From: a bacterium UBP13_UBA5359
GTDB taxonomy: Bacteria > UBP13 > UBA5359
Assembly: GCA_002410925.1 (NCBI GenBank)
Contig: DHPR01000010.1
Location: forward strand, 30,295 to 94,294
DNA length: 64,000 bases
Direction: 5' to 3'
Below the pieces are notes generated by a model that saw only the letters and a list, made by a program, of their open reading frames with translations, searched no databases and was not told the origin of the DNA. Made by a program: the position numbers and the translations under genes. Positions 32,345 to 41,735 of this stretch are shown piece after piece (the first letter of the stretch is position 1; every line of letters begins with the position of its first letter).

Positions 32345-34726
32345 TTGCGGGGTCTGACTATGACAGGATTTCGATTCGAGTATATTCTTTTGCTTATCGT
32401 AGCCGCTCTTATATCGGCTGCGGTTATAGCTTTGTACCGCCGGCGTTTGACCAAGGCTCTTATTGTTGTTCCGGGTGCTGAAGAGAATCCATTTGAAGCT
32501 GAGACAGCCTTGCTTCAGCTGCTATCAGGCCCGGCCCTTTCGCCGGACAAGATAGAACTACAACTACAGAAGCGCATCGGAGAGCTATCGCTCCTTTTCA
32601 GCCTGGGGCAATCTCTTGCGCATACAGCAGACTCGGAGCATGCCGTACAGACTATTATTTCTTATACTATGCATATATTGCAGGTTAAAAGATGTATCTG
32701 CCTAAAATATAATGAAGTTCGCGATATAATTGATATCGATGGATATCATGGTTTGAGCCGCTTATTCTTATCCGCTTACCGCTCTTGCCCGCCTGATGAA
32801 ATTGTGAGCATGGCTATTCATGAGGGGCGCACCATCAAGGTGGCTTTAGAAGATGATCTCATGGCCGGCAAGCACAAGCTGTACAAAGCTGAAGGCGTTG
32901 GCGGGCTTCTTGCCGCACCGCTTATTTATGGCGGCAGGCCCGCGGGCGCATTGTTGGTTTTTTCCGATCAAGATGAGAATTTCAAGCCCGAGGCCGGAAG
33001 GCTGCTGACCAGCGTGGCGCATCAGGCGGCTGCTGCGGTTCGAAATACGGCGTTATGCTCGAAGTTGGAGATGCGTAACCAGCAGATTGCTGCTCTGAGT
33101 GATGTTTCCGGGGCTATAAATTCTCTGATGGTGCTTGAAGCCGTGATGCAAAAGATATTATGGTCGATAACATCCATCTTTGAGGCTCGCGCCTGCCTGC
33201 TCTTTCTCTTTGATGAGAGAGAGGAACTGCGACTGGATTCATATTGCGGTTATACAGTGAAAGACCTGCCCGATGAGCCGATCAAAAGAGGACAGGCTGT
33301 AACGACGGTTTTGGCTACAGGCAATCCGCAGTCTGCCGGTTACGAGGAGGCTCCGGAAATATTTGAACTTATCAGTTATCCCGACAATTGCCTGGCAGTA
33401 TTGCTGCCTCTGGCTATCAAAAACAGGCCTGCGGGTATTATGGCTGTAGTCTTGCCCTTTGATCATCCTCTGACGATGGATGACCGAGCTCTTATGATGA
33501 CCTTTGCTACTCAGGTGGCCATTGCGATAGAGAACAATCAACTTTATGACAGCATGGAGCACCGTATAAATGAATTGACAACACTGGTGCGCGTGGTAGC
33601 ATCGATAGCATCTACACTGGATTTAAAGTTTGTTCTGGATACGATAGTGCAATTGGCGGCACATGTTATGAATGGTGCTCTCTGCTCTATTCGTCTCATA
33701 GATGAAGAGAGCGGCACATTGAAGATATTTTCCAGTCTGGGAATGAGTGAGAATCTCTCCGGTGAGTATGGCGACCGAAGTAAGGGTGAGGCGTTGAGTA
33801 TCAGTGTGATTGAGGACGGCAGGCCGGTTATAATACCGGATGTTGCTATTGATTTCCGTTTAACTGCACATGGGAAAGCTGATAATCACGGCTTGCACTC
33901 TTACCTGGGAGTGCCTCTTATATGTCAGGGTGAAACTATAGGTGTTCTGGAGATCTATTGTCGTTACAGGAAACAGTTCAATGAGGCGGAAGTCAGGCTT
34001 TTCTGGGCTTTTGCCGACCAGGCGGCTATCGCCGTGCATAACGCACGGCTCTTTGATCAGGTTCAAAATTACTCTCGTCAATTGAGCGTAATTATGCAGG
34101 AGGTCCACCATCGCGTCAAAAACAATCTTCAGGCAGTAGCGGATTTGCTTTCGCTGGAGATGCTTCAAACTGCCGGCAGGTCCTCCCATGAGATTTTGCA
34201 CAATAGTATCAACAGAATAAAGAGCATTGCAGCCGTTCATGATTTGCTATCGCATGAAGATGTTGAACTGACCGATATGAAGCACATTTCCCAGAGGATT
34301 ATGGATATTGTCGAGGATATGGTCGACTCAGGAAAAAAGGTATGCTTCAGCATTACAGGCAGCAGGATATTCCTGCGTTCAAAGCAGGCTACCTATCTGG
34401 CGCTGGTATTAAACGAGCTATTGGTAAATACTATCAAGCATGCCTTTGAAGGTAAAGAAAAAGGCCGGGTCAGCGTTGAAATGAGCGAAGAAGAGCGCTT
34501 TGTTTCTCTGGTGGTCAGGGATGACGGAAAGGGTATACCTGAAGGCTTTGACATCGATTCTCACAGTCATCTGGGATTGCAGATAGTTCGCAATCTGGTA
34601 GAGCGTGACCTGCACGGCACCCTAGCATATCATAATGATCAGGGTGCCGTATGGAATATAAGATTTGCTAAGGATATGAAGGAGGATAAATTCGCTGTCT
34701 ATGGGAATGAAGGTAGTAATCGCTGA
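32345..34726 (+). CDS. Sensor histidine kinase with N-terminal TM segment, tandem GAF domains and HisKA_2 + HATPase_c
   Basis: H-box HHRVKNNLQAVADLLSLE (HisKA_2 type) and a C-terminal ATPase region. Repeated GAF-like blocks. Confidence 0.75.
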   Translation: MRGLTMTGFRFEYILLLIVAALISAAVIALYRRRLTKALIVVPGAEENPFEAETALLQLLSGPALSPDKIELQLQKRIGELSLLFSLGQSLAHTADSEHAVQTIISYTMHILQVKRCICLKYNEVRDIIDIDGYHGLSRLFLSAYRSCPPDEIVSMAIHEGRTIKVALEDDLMAGKHKLYKAEGVGGLLAAPLIYGGRPAGALLVFSDQDENFKPEAGRLLTSVAHQAAAAVRNTALCSKLEMRNQQIAALSDVSGAINSLMVLEAVMQKILWSITSIFEARACLLFLFDEREELRLDSYCGYTVKDLPDEPIKRGQAVTTVLATGNPQSAGYEEAPEIFELISYPDNCLAVLLPLAIKNRPAGIMAVVLPFDHPLTMDDRALMMTFATQVAIAIENNQLYDSMEHRINELTTLVRVVASIASTLDLKFVLDTIVQLAAHVMNGALCSIRLIDEESGTLKIFSSLGMSENLSGEYGDRSKGEALSISVIEDGRPVIIPDVAIDFRLTAHGKADNHGLHSYLGVPLICQGETIGVLEIYCRYRKQFNEAEVRLFWAFADQAAIAVHNARLFDQVQNYSRQLSVIMQEVHHRVKNNLQAVADLLSLEMLQTAGRSSHEILHNSINRIKSIAAVHDLLSHEDVELTDMKHISQRIMDIVEDMVDSGKKVCFSITGSRIFLRSKQATYLALVLNELLVNTIKHAFEGKEKGRVSVEMSEEERFVSLVVRDDGKGIPEGFDIDSHSHLGLQIVRNLVERDLHGTLAYHNDQGAVWNIRFAKDMKEDKFAVYGNEGSNR

Positions 34727-35276
34727 TGATGAAGCAATAAGATTGATGACGCTTAAAGCTCAATTGACCAACCTGGGGCATCAGGTAGTGGGTGATGCTT
34801 GCACCGGTGAGGAAGCTATCGAGATGATAGTTAAGACCGCACCCGATCTGGCTATTATGGATATTCGCATGCCCGGTTTGGATGGTATTACGGCGGCTCG
34901 TAAAATAATGGAGATTCACCCTATCCCCATAATTATACTTACGGCCTACAGCGAACGAGAGCTGGTCAAATCAGCTACGGATGCGGGAGCCTTTGCTTAT
35001 CTCATAAAGCCTGTATCAGAGCAGGACTTGATGCCGGCTATAGATATGGCTATTTCTCGTTTCAAGGAACTGGATTTTCTCAGGCGCGAAGTCGGTAACC
35101 TCAATCGGGCTCTTGATGTACGGTCTGATGTTGAAAAGGCTAAAGGTATCCTTATGGAGCGTTGCCGTGTGGATGAAGAGAAAGCTTTCAATATGTTGCG
35201 ACAAAGGAGTAGCCAGGAGGGAATGAAGGTAGTCGATATCGCGCGTGCTATTATTATGGCGCACAAACTCTTTTAG
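34707..35276 (+). CDS. ANTAR-domain response regulator (REC + ANTAR RNA-binding antiterminator)
   Basis: REC domain (VVIADDE ... MDIRMPGLDG) and C-terminal ANTAR (VEKAKGILMERCRVDEEKAFNMLRQRSSQEGMKVVDIA). Overlaps the kinase gene. Confidence 0.8.
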   Translation: MKVVIADDEAIRLMTLKAQLTNLGHQVVGDACTGEEAIEMIVKTAPDLAIMDIRMPGLDGITAARKIMEIHPIPIIILTAYSERELVKSATDAGAFAYLIKPVSEQDLMPAIDMAISRFKELDFLRREVGNLNRALDVRSDVEKAKGILMERCRVDEEKAFNMLRQRSSQEGMKVVDIARAIIMAHKLF

Positions 35277-35353
35277 ACCTGTTTCAGTAATTAAAAGAGC
35301 TTGCTCTGAAGGCTGAAGCAGAACGCTCAAGCATAATTAGGCTGAAGGCTCCT

Positions 35354-35387
35354 GCAACAGCCTGCCAGAGCCCGGGCAGGCTGTTGC
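35354..35387 (+). terminator. Perfect 13-bp stem hairpin (GCAACAGCCTGCC / GGCAGGCTGTTGC) downstream of the kinase/ANTAR operon
   Basis: Seen directly. No U-tract, so it could be a Rho-dependent or processing site rather than a canonical intrinsic terminator. Confidence 0.4.
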
Positions 35388-35478
35388 GGCAAAAGCGCTC
35401 CAATTGTATAATTATAAGCAGAAAACTTATACATTTTAAAGGGTTATTCATATTTACTGTAGCCCTTAAAGGAGCAAG

Positions 35479-36162
35479 ATGAACCGGGTGGAGAATATTA
35501 TAAACATTATGAATATGGAGAGAGCTTTTTCGGAAGAGGAGCTGATCAGACCCTTTGACCGTAAGGATATCAAATCTCGTGAGGGTGCTTATGGAAAAAG
35601 GCTGGATTACATCGAAGGGCATAAGGTTATAGAGCGCTTGAATAGAGCTACCGGTAACAGATGGAGCTCCGAAGTCATATCCGTACAAAAGCATCAGGCT
35701 GAGCAGCGCACTGATAAGCGTACCGGAGAGAGCATTTCTTATCCATCTTACTGGTCGGCTTTGGTCTCCCTGACCATACCCTCTATGGGTAGTCGTATGC
35801 AAGTTGGAACAAAGGCTATAAACGGCAATGAAGAGGATGATATCAAAGGAGCCATAACGGATGGCTTAAAGAAAGCGGCTACACTCTTCGGCGTTGGTCT
35901 GGAGCTGTATGAAACCGCTGATGAAGAGGCTGATATACGCTATTCGGCAGAACCGGAGCGACGAAGAGAGCCCGATAAAATAACCGAAGGACAGCGTAAA
36001 CTTCTTTTCACTATCTGTGAGGAAATAGGTATCCCCGTTGAAAAACAGCGTGAGCATATAGAAGCTAAGCTGGGGGCCATCATCGAGGGTGCTACGCGAG
36101 GCATGGCTACCATAGCTATTCAGGAGCTCAAAGCTGAGAAACGCCTCTTACGTGCCGGCTAA
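35479..36162 (+). CDS. Rad52/Rad22-family single-strand annealing protein (DdrA/Sak-like)
   Basis: DYIEGHKVIERLNRATGNRWSSEV and KGAITDGLKKAATLFGVGLELY match the two conserved Rad52 N-terminal blocks as I recall them. Confidence 0.6.
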   Translation: MNRVENIINIMNMERAFSEEELIRPFDRKDIKSREGAYGKRLDYIEGHKVIERLNRATGNRWSSEVISVQKHQAEQRTDKRTGESISYPSYWSALVSLTIPSMGSRMQVGTKAINGNEEDDIKGAITDGLKKAATLFGVGLELYETADEEADIRYSAEPERRREPDKITEGQRKLLFTICEEIGIPVEKQREHIEAKLGAIIEGATRGMATIAIQELKAEKRLLRAG

Positions 36163-36392
36163 TCCTCTTTATTAAGAGTACTTCCGCTGTCTTGCTTGCC
36201 GTGTGAATGGGCGGCTGATAACCAGGATTAAAGAAAAGCTTTAAAGGTCTCCTTTGTCAGCTCTTTTGGCTTTAAAATTGCAGATATTGCAACAGGCAGG
36301 CTTTCAGGTGCTTTCTCAATCTGCATATATACAAGGAGCAGACCAGGTGTGCGGCATAATCCCCGGCAGGGAAGGCTGTTAGGAGGTAAGGA

Positions 36393-36725
36393 ATGGATAA
36401 GAGGATAGACAGGCAGATGGATCTTAAGGTTGAAGTTGTCTATGAAGAGGGCAATCCATATGTCAATCTTTCGGGTGAAATGGATGTCTACACTTCGCCC
36501 AGAGTCAAGCAGGCGGCACTGAATCTTATTGCCGAGGGCAAGCATCATTTGATCTTCGATCTTACCAGAGTGGATTATATAGATACCGCCGGCCTGGGAG
36601 TGCTGGTGGGCATCCTCAAAAGAGCCAGGGAAGTTGGCGGGAATGTTGAACTCTGTTATTCCGATCAGGTAAAGAAAGTTTTTGAAATAACCGGATTGAA
36701 TAAGATATTCTCTATCAGAGAATAA
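36393..36725 (+). CDS. STAS-domain anti-sigma-factor antagonist (SpoIIAA/RsbV-like)
   Basis: 110 aa STAS fold with the conserved DYIDTAGLGVL segment. Confidence 0.75.
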   Translation: MDKRIDRQMDLKVEVVYEEGNPYVNLSGEMDVYTSPRVKQAALNLIAEGKHHLIFDLTRVDYIDTAGLGVLVGILKRAREVGGNVELCYSDQVKKVFEITGLNKIFSIRE

Positions 36726-36837
36726 ATTTATTTTGCACTGTGCAGGAAATCAAAATTTTACGTCGAATAATTAATTTAGCCGATTAAATTGAATATGGGT
36801 GCCTATGACGCGGGTGCCGGCTTGTGAAGGCCTTAAT

Positions 36838-36873
36838 GATCGCCTTCTCCATTTTGGGGGCGGTCTTTTTTTA
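36838..36873 (+). terminator. Intrinsic terminator candidate: 7-bp stem with GU pair followed by T7
   Basis: GATCGCC ... GGCGGTC hairpin followed by TTTTTTTA, between the two STAS genes. Confidence 0.45.
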
Positions 36874-36902
36874 TCCGCTCCAGTAAAAACGGAGGTAATA
36901 TC

Positions 36903-37277
36903 ATGAAGTCTTTCTTTCCCCTGAGCATATCCGTTTCCGGAGAAGCCGTATCACGTGTTAAGCTTAAAGGTGAACTGGATGTCTATACCTCTCCAAAGCT
37001 CAGCGCAGTCCTGGGCGACCTTCTGGAACAGGGATGCATCCATATTATTCTGGACTTAGGTCGGCTGCAATTTATAGACAGCGCCGGCCTTGTTACTCTT
37101 GTAAGGCATAATGAAGAAGCCGCCAGAGCAGGCGGCAGCCTGATATTGCTGGACCCCGGCGCCCAGCTGAGAAAAGTGCTCAGGCTAACAGCTTTGGACC
37201 GTCATCTGCGGATAGAATTCAGCGCTGTGCGGAACAAGGAGACGGCTCCCCAAATGAAGGGGGCGGGTTATGCTTGA
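36903..37277 (+). CDS. STAS-domain anti-sigma-factor antagonist, second copy
   Basis: STAS pattern (KLKGELDVYTSPKL ... LQFIDSAGLVTLV). Confidence 0.7.
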   Translation: MKSFFPLSISVSGEAVSRVKLKGELDVYTSPKLSAVLGDLLEQGCIHIILDLGRLQFIDSAGLVTLVRHNEEAARAGGSLILLDPGAQLRKVLRLTALDRHLRIEFSAVRNKETAPQMKGAGYA

Positions 37278-37632
37278 GACGACAATATCTCTGCCTGGAA
37301 TGGATAAAGAGGCCATGCTTCTATGCGATAAAGGCATGAACTCCTTTCTGAAACTGGATATAATTCTTTTTTATCACAACAAGCGGTTATCCGATGCTGA
37401 TATAAATGAGCTTGCTCGCTATACGGGCAGATCACCGGTAGAGGTTGGAGATGCCGTATCGGCTTTGATCGAAGATGGCTTGCTGGAGTTATCTTCCAAT
37501 CGCAATGAAAGATACAGGCTTAGCGGTTTTCCCGATATCCCCAGGCTCTTGAACAAGTTCCTGGAAGCGTATAATCGATTGCCTCAGCGGCTTGCCATCC
37601 TGTCCAAGTTCTTGCGTGAGAATAGGTATTAG
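37270..37632 (+). CDS. Hypothetical protein, possible winged-helix domain
   Basis: 120 aa, no recognisable catalytic motif; overlaps both neighbours, suggesting co-translation in the partner-switching operon. Confidence 0.3.
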   Translation: MLETTISLPGMDKEAMLLCDKGMNSFLKLDIILFYHNKRLSDADINELARYTGRSPVEVGDAVSALIEDGLLELSSNRNERYRLSGFPDIPRLLNKFLEAYNRLPQRLAILSKFLRENRY

Positions 37633-39307
37633 CTGCGGGAATAGGGCGGGTGAAGAATTGAACGAAGATCTTCTCAGCGCATTGCGGAAATACTTTGAGC
37701 TCATGGCTGCTGCAGCACATCCGGGAAATATGAAGCAGGCATTTGCCGATATATTGGATAATACGATATCGGTTTTATCGGCAAACGGCGCGGCACTTTA
37801 TGCGAATACAGGCTCTGAAACTATGGGTGAGATCTTCATATGCAGAGAATTGCCGGATAATCTGTGTGATGAGCTGCAACGGCTCGGAGGTGCTGACAGC
37901 CTCAATGCGGATGCCAGGGAGGAGAACGTGAAAAGGGTCGACGGCGGCTTTTTGTATTCAGTGCTTATACGTCAAAAGCCGGTAATATGTCATCTCTTTG
38001 TATTGTATGAAAAGTGGCTTCCGGGTGAAGCCGAAAAGAAGGTGGCCTGCTCTCTGGCCGAGCTCTTTCTGGCATTGATATGCGAGCAAAGCCATTATCG
38101 GGAATTGGAGCAGCGTATGTATGAGAGCGTTGCTTTAGCCAGTATCGGGCGTACTATCGTTTCCACACTCGATATGGAAAGGGTCCTCAATCAAGTTGTC
38201 AAAATGGTTGCCTATGTAATGAACGCCGCCGTCTGCCTGATTGTTCTTTATGACGAAGAGGAAGGAGAACCGGCAGTGGGAGCTGCTTTCGGTATGGAAC
38301 GATTGGAAGAGAGTTCCGGCATTGTACGCCACGCGATAAATATATACAAGAGGGTGGAAGCGTTGCATAACGGTATTGATTGCAATACTGCAGAGAAATA
38401 CCTGGGCAGATTATGCTATATGGCGGTTCCACTCTTCTCCGGTGAGAGGATCAACGGAGTCGTAATTGTATACAGGGAAGAGGCTTTTTTTGAACATGAA
38501 AGGTCACTGATGCAGGCAACCGCTGCTCAGGCCTCGATTGCCCTGGAAAACGCACGCTTGCACAGCAGCCTGGCATCATTTACAGAACGTGAACTGCGTT
38601 TGGCTGCCGGAATACAGCAAGGCTTGCTTCCCAGGTCTCTGCCCCATACTGCTCAATACGATTTCGGTAGCAAGATACATTTTATGCGTGAAGTCGGCGG
38701 AGATTATTATGACATAATATCCCTCGGCAACGGGCGGCAAGGCATAAGTATCGGTGATGTATCCGGCAAGAGCGTTCCTGCTGCCATTCTGGTGGCTATG
38801 GCAAAGTACGTTTTGCGTGCTTCAGCAGTGACGGAGAATGACCCTGCGAGATCTCTGGAAGCCGTCAATCGCAATATTATCAATGATCTCTCTCCGGAGA
38901 TGTTTATAAGCATGTTCTATGGAATTCTGAATCTTGCCGATAACAAGCTTGTTTATGCCAATGCCGGTCATGAGCCGCCGCTGCTTTTCAGAGAACGTAG
39001 CCATAGCTGCCGTTTTTTGCAGGCGACAGGCGTAGTGCTGGGCGTAATGAGTAATAGTTCTTATCAGCACGCTACTGTGAAGCTTGAACAGGGTGATTGG
39101 CTGGTTCTATATACTGATGGCGTTACTGAGGCCAGGAAGAGCGACGGTGAACTTTTCGGCAGCCGTCGCGTTTGTGAAGCTCTTGAGCGCAATCATCATA
39201 TGCCTGCTCAGATTATGGCGGAGTATCTCTTCAAGGAGGTTTATGATTACTCCACCGGTAAGATAAGCGATGATGTAGCAATTCTGGCGATTAATAGAAT
39301 TGAATAA
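37592..39307 (+). CDS. GAF-domain PP2C-type serine phosphatase (RsbU/SpoIIE family)
   Basis: C-terminal SpoIIE/PP2C block (VGGDYYDII ... GDVSGKSVPAA ... LYTDGVTEA). The N-terminal start is uncertain because the ORF overlaps the upstream gene. Confidence 0.8.
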   Translation: MPSCPSSCVRIGISCGNRAGEELNEDLLSALRKYFELMAAAAHPGNMKQAFADILDNTISVLSANGAALYANTGSETMGEIFICRELPDNLCDELQRLGGADSLNADAREENVKRVDGGFLYSVLIRQKPVICHLFVLYEKWLPGEAEKKVACSLAELFLALICEQSHYRELEQRMYESVALASIGRTIVSTLDMERVLNQVVKMVAYVMNAAVCLIVLYDEEEGEPAVGAAFGMERLEESSGIVRHAINIYKRVEALHNGIDCNTAEKYLGRLCYMAVPLFSGERINGVVIVYREEAFFEHERSLMQATAAQASIALENARLHSSLASFTERELRLAAGIQQGLLPRSLPHTAQYDFGSKIHFMREVGGDYYDIISLGNGRQGISIGDVSGKSVPAAILVAMAKYVLRASAVTENDPARSLEAVNRNIINDLSPEMFISMFYGILNLADNKLVYANAGHEPPLLFRERSHSCRFLQATGVVLGVMSNSSYQHATVKLEQGDWLVLYTDGVTEARKSDGELFGSRRVCEALERNHHMPAQIMAEYLFKEVYDYSTGKISDDVAILAINRIE

Positions 39308-39318
39308 GAGAAAGAGGG

Positions 39319-39484
39319 GAAAGGGGTCTCAAGGCCAGACCCTCGAAGGAGACACCATTCTTGGAATGCTAAATGGCAACACCAGAGCTTCGAAGGAAGG
39401 CTAGTGTTGGCGATAGCCGTAAATAGTGTTAAAATCTGATATGGGTTAAAAGAGGAAAGGGGTCCCAACATCAGGACCCCGAAG
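39319..39484 (+). repeat. Two paralogous 30-nt hairpin elements (GAAAGGGGTCyC ... GACCCyGAAG) flanking a third small hairpin in a 200-bp intergenic region
   Basis: Copy 1 at about 39319-39348 and copy 2 at about 39455-39484 differ by compensatory changes that preserve pairing. Confidence 0.45.
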
Positions 39485-39508
39485 CATAAAGGGGGCAGAA
39501 GAACTTTC

Positions 39509-41050
39509 ATGTCGGGAGGCGTTATGCAGACTAAAAAAGAGGTAACTGATAATCTCGACCAGCTGTTGCAGGTGCTTCCGCCTTCGATCAGGAAGAATCT
39601 GGAAGCGCAACGGAATTTGAGTGATCTCATAGAGGTTGTTCTGGATTTGGGACGAGAGCCGGAAGCTCGCTTTCCGGATAAGTTCGTTTATCTTGAAAAC
39701 AAGTATGTTTTCGAAAGTGATCTGGAGTATGTAACCGCCCGGGTGAGCGATTTCGGTAAAGATAATCGTGCCGGAATAGAGCGTACGCTGCATCGCATTT
39801 CGGCCGTACGTAACCGCCAGGGTAAGATAATAGGACTCACCTGCCGCGTAGGACGTGCTATATACGGCACAATCGATATTATCAGAGATATAGTTGAGCA
39901 GGGCAAGAGTATCCTCCTGTTAGGCCGTCCTGGTGTAGGCAAAACCACCAAACTGAGAGAGGTGGCACGCGTTCTCAGCGATGAGCTCTTGCAGCGCGTT
40001 ATAATAGTTGATACTTCCAATGAGATCGCCGGCGACGGCGATGTGCCTCATCCCGCTATCGGCCATGCCCGGCGTATGCAGGTGGCTTCTCCCGAACTTC
40101 AACATGACGTCATGATAGAGGCAGTGGAGAACCATATGCCCCAGGTGGTTATCGTGGATGAGATCGGCACGGCGCTGGAAGCCTTTGCCGCCAGAACCAT
40201 AGCAGAAAGAGGTGTGCAACTGATTGCCACGGCACACGGTAACACTCTGGATAACCTGATAGTCAACCCTACTCTATCCGATCTGGTCGGAGGAATACAG
40301 ACGGTTACCCTGAGTGATGAGGAGGCCAAACGGCGTGGCAGCCAAAAATCGGTGCTGGAACGTAAAGGACCGCCTGCCTTTGATCTTCTGATCGAGATCA
40401 TGGATAAAAACAAGATGGCTGTACATCATGATTTGGCACATGTAGTAGACCAATTTCTGAGAGGTGTTCTGCCTCGACCGGAAATAAGAGTGATCACGTC
40501 GGATGGTCTGGTAGAGAAGATACGTCCTACAGAATTGGAAAATGCTCTTACCAGGCAGCCGGAACGCTATGAAGCCAGAGAGAATGTGCCGGCGTTGCTC
40601 AGGCTCTTCCCTTACGGCATCAGTCGCAACCGTTTGGAGCGGGCTATTCGGGAATTGAGGGTACCGGTTCAAATTACAAAGTTTATGGATGACGCCGATA
40701 TGATTATTACTACCAAGGCTCAACAGCGGCGTGAGCCCAGAGTGCTGCATCAGGCAGAAGAGACGGGTAAGCCATTGCATATCCTGAAAAGCAACACAGT
40801 TTCACAGATAGCTTCCTGCCTGCGGGAGATCTTCAAAATTACTGATACCTCGGAAGAAGAGGAGGCACTGAGTGAGACCGAGGAGGCTATCGAAGAGGTC
40901 GTTTCCGGGCAGGTGGAAACGTTGGAGCTCAGGCCCAGGAATGCATATATCAGGCGTTTGCAGCATCAGCTTATAGAGGAGCATGGTATTCAATCGGAAA
41001 GTATAGGGAGGGATCCCTATCGCAGAGTAAGAGTGTATAAGGAATGGTAG
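39509..41050 (+). CDS. AAA-family ATPase with C-terminal R3H nucleic-acid-binding domain (SpoIIIAA/Ycf45-like)
   Basis: Walker A LLGRPGVGKTT, Walker B VVIVDEIG, and a C-terminal R3H-like segment. An alternative start is the ATG about 15 nt downstream. Confidence 0.6.
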   Translation: MSGGVMQTKKEVTDNLDQLLQVLPPSIRKNLEAQRNLSDLIEVVLDLGREPEARFPDKFVYLENKYVFESDLEYVTARVSDFGKDNRAGIERTLHRISAVRNRQGKIIGLTCRVGRAIYGTIDIIRDIVEQGKSILLLGRPGVGKTTKLREVARVLSDELLQRVIIVDTSNEIAGDGDVPHPAIGHARRMQVASPELQHDVMIEAVENHMPQVVIVDEIGTALEAFAARTIAERGVQLIATAHGNTLDNLIVNPTLSDLVGGIQTVTLSDEEAKRRGSQKSVLERKGPPAFDLLIEIMDKNKMAVHHDLAHVVDQFLRGVLPRPEIRVITSDGLVEKIRPTELENALTRQPERYEARENVPALLRLFPYGISRNRLERAIRELRVPVQITKFMDDADMIITTKAQQRREPRVLHQAEETGKPLHILKSNTVSQIASCLREIFKITDTSEEEEALSETEEAIEEVVSGQVETLELRPRNAYIRRLQHQLIEEHGIQSESIGRDPYRRVRVYKEW

Positions 41051-41057
41051 CGCTTTA

Positions 41058-41735
41058 ATGGAAACCGCGGAACGGCAAATACGAAAAGGGATTTTTATAT
41101 GTATTGAGGGGCCGGAGGGCGCAGGCAAGAGTACGCATTTGAATCGGCTGAGGGGTGCGCTGGCAACAGAAGGTTACGATGCTATCTTAACCAGAGAGCC
41201 AGGGGGAACAGCGATAAGTGATTCTATAAGAACATTATTGTTGGATGCAAGCAACGGTAATATGGCTTCCCTGACGGAGCTTCTCCTTTATGCTGCCGCC
41301 CGGGCACAGCATATGCAGGAATTGATAATGCCCTCCTTGCAGGCAGGAAGAGTTGTTCTTTGCGATCGCTTCACCGCTTCTACCATTGCTTATCAGGGCT
41401 ATGGCAGAGGGCTGGATATTCAATTAATCAAAGAGCTTAATGATCTGGCGACGGGTGGCGTCTATCCTCATTTAACGATAATTCTGGATCTTGATCCGGC
41501 TCTGGGACTTGAAAGAGTGAATCGCTTTCGGCACGGTGGCCAGGATAGCAGGGATAGGCTGGAGAGAGAGGATATCTCCTTTCATCAACGTGCTCGTAAA
41601 GGCTTTTTACGATTAGCGGCAGAAGAGCCTGCCGGATATCGAATAATAGATGCTTCGCGCTCGGTTGAGGATGTCTTTGCATCACTTTTTGCAACGGTAA
41701 CGGATTATCTCCGGCATGGCAGGCAAGAATCATGA
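41058..41735 (+). CDS. tmk: Thymidylate kinase
   Basis: P-loop IEGPEGAGKST and the DRF motif. Confidence 0.9.
   Translation: METAERQIRKGIFICIEGPEGAGKSTHLNRLRGALATEGYDAILTREPGGTAISDSIRTLLLDASNGNMASLTELLLYAAARAQHMQELIMPSLQAGRVVLCDRFTASTIAYQGYGRGLDIQLIKELNDLATGGVYPHLTIILDLDPALGLERVNRFRHGGQDSRDRLEREDISFHQRARKGFLRLAAEEPAGYRIIDASRSVEDVFASLFATVTDYLRHGRQES

Noticed and set aside
39308-39508. Possible RNase P or SRP RNA (GAGGAAAGGGG and CGAAGGAAGG resemble conserved RNase P and SRP helix-8 motifs)
   Set aside because: The available intergenic space (about 200 nt) is too short for RNase P RNA, and the arrangement does not reproduce the SRP domain IV fold. Kept as an unclassified structured element instead.
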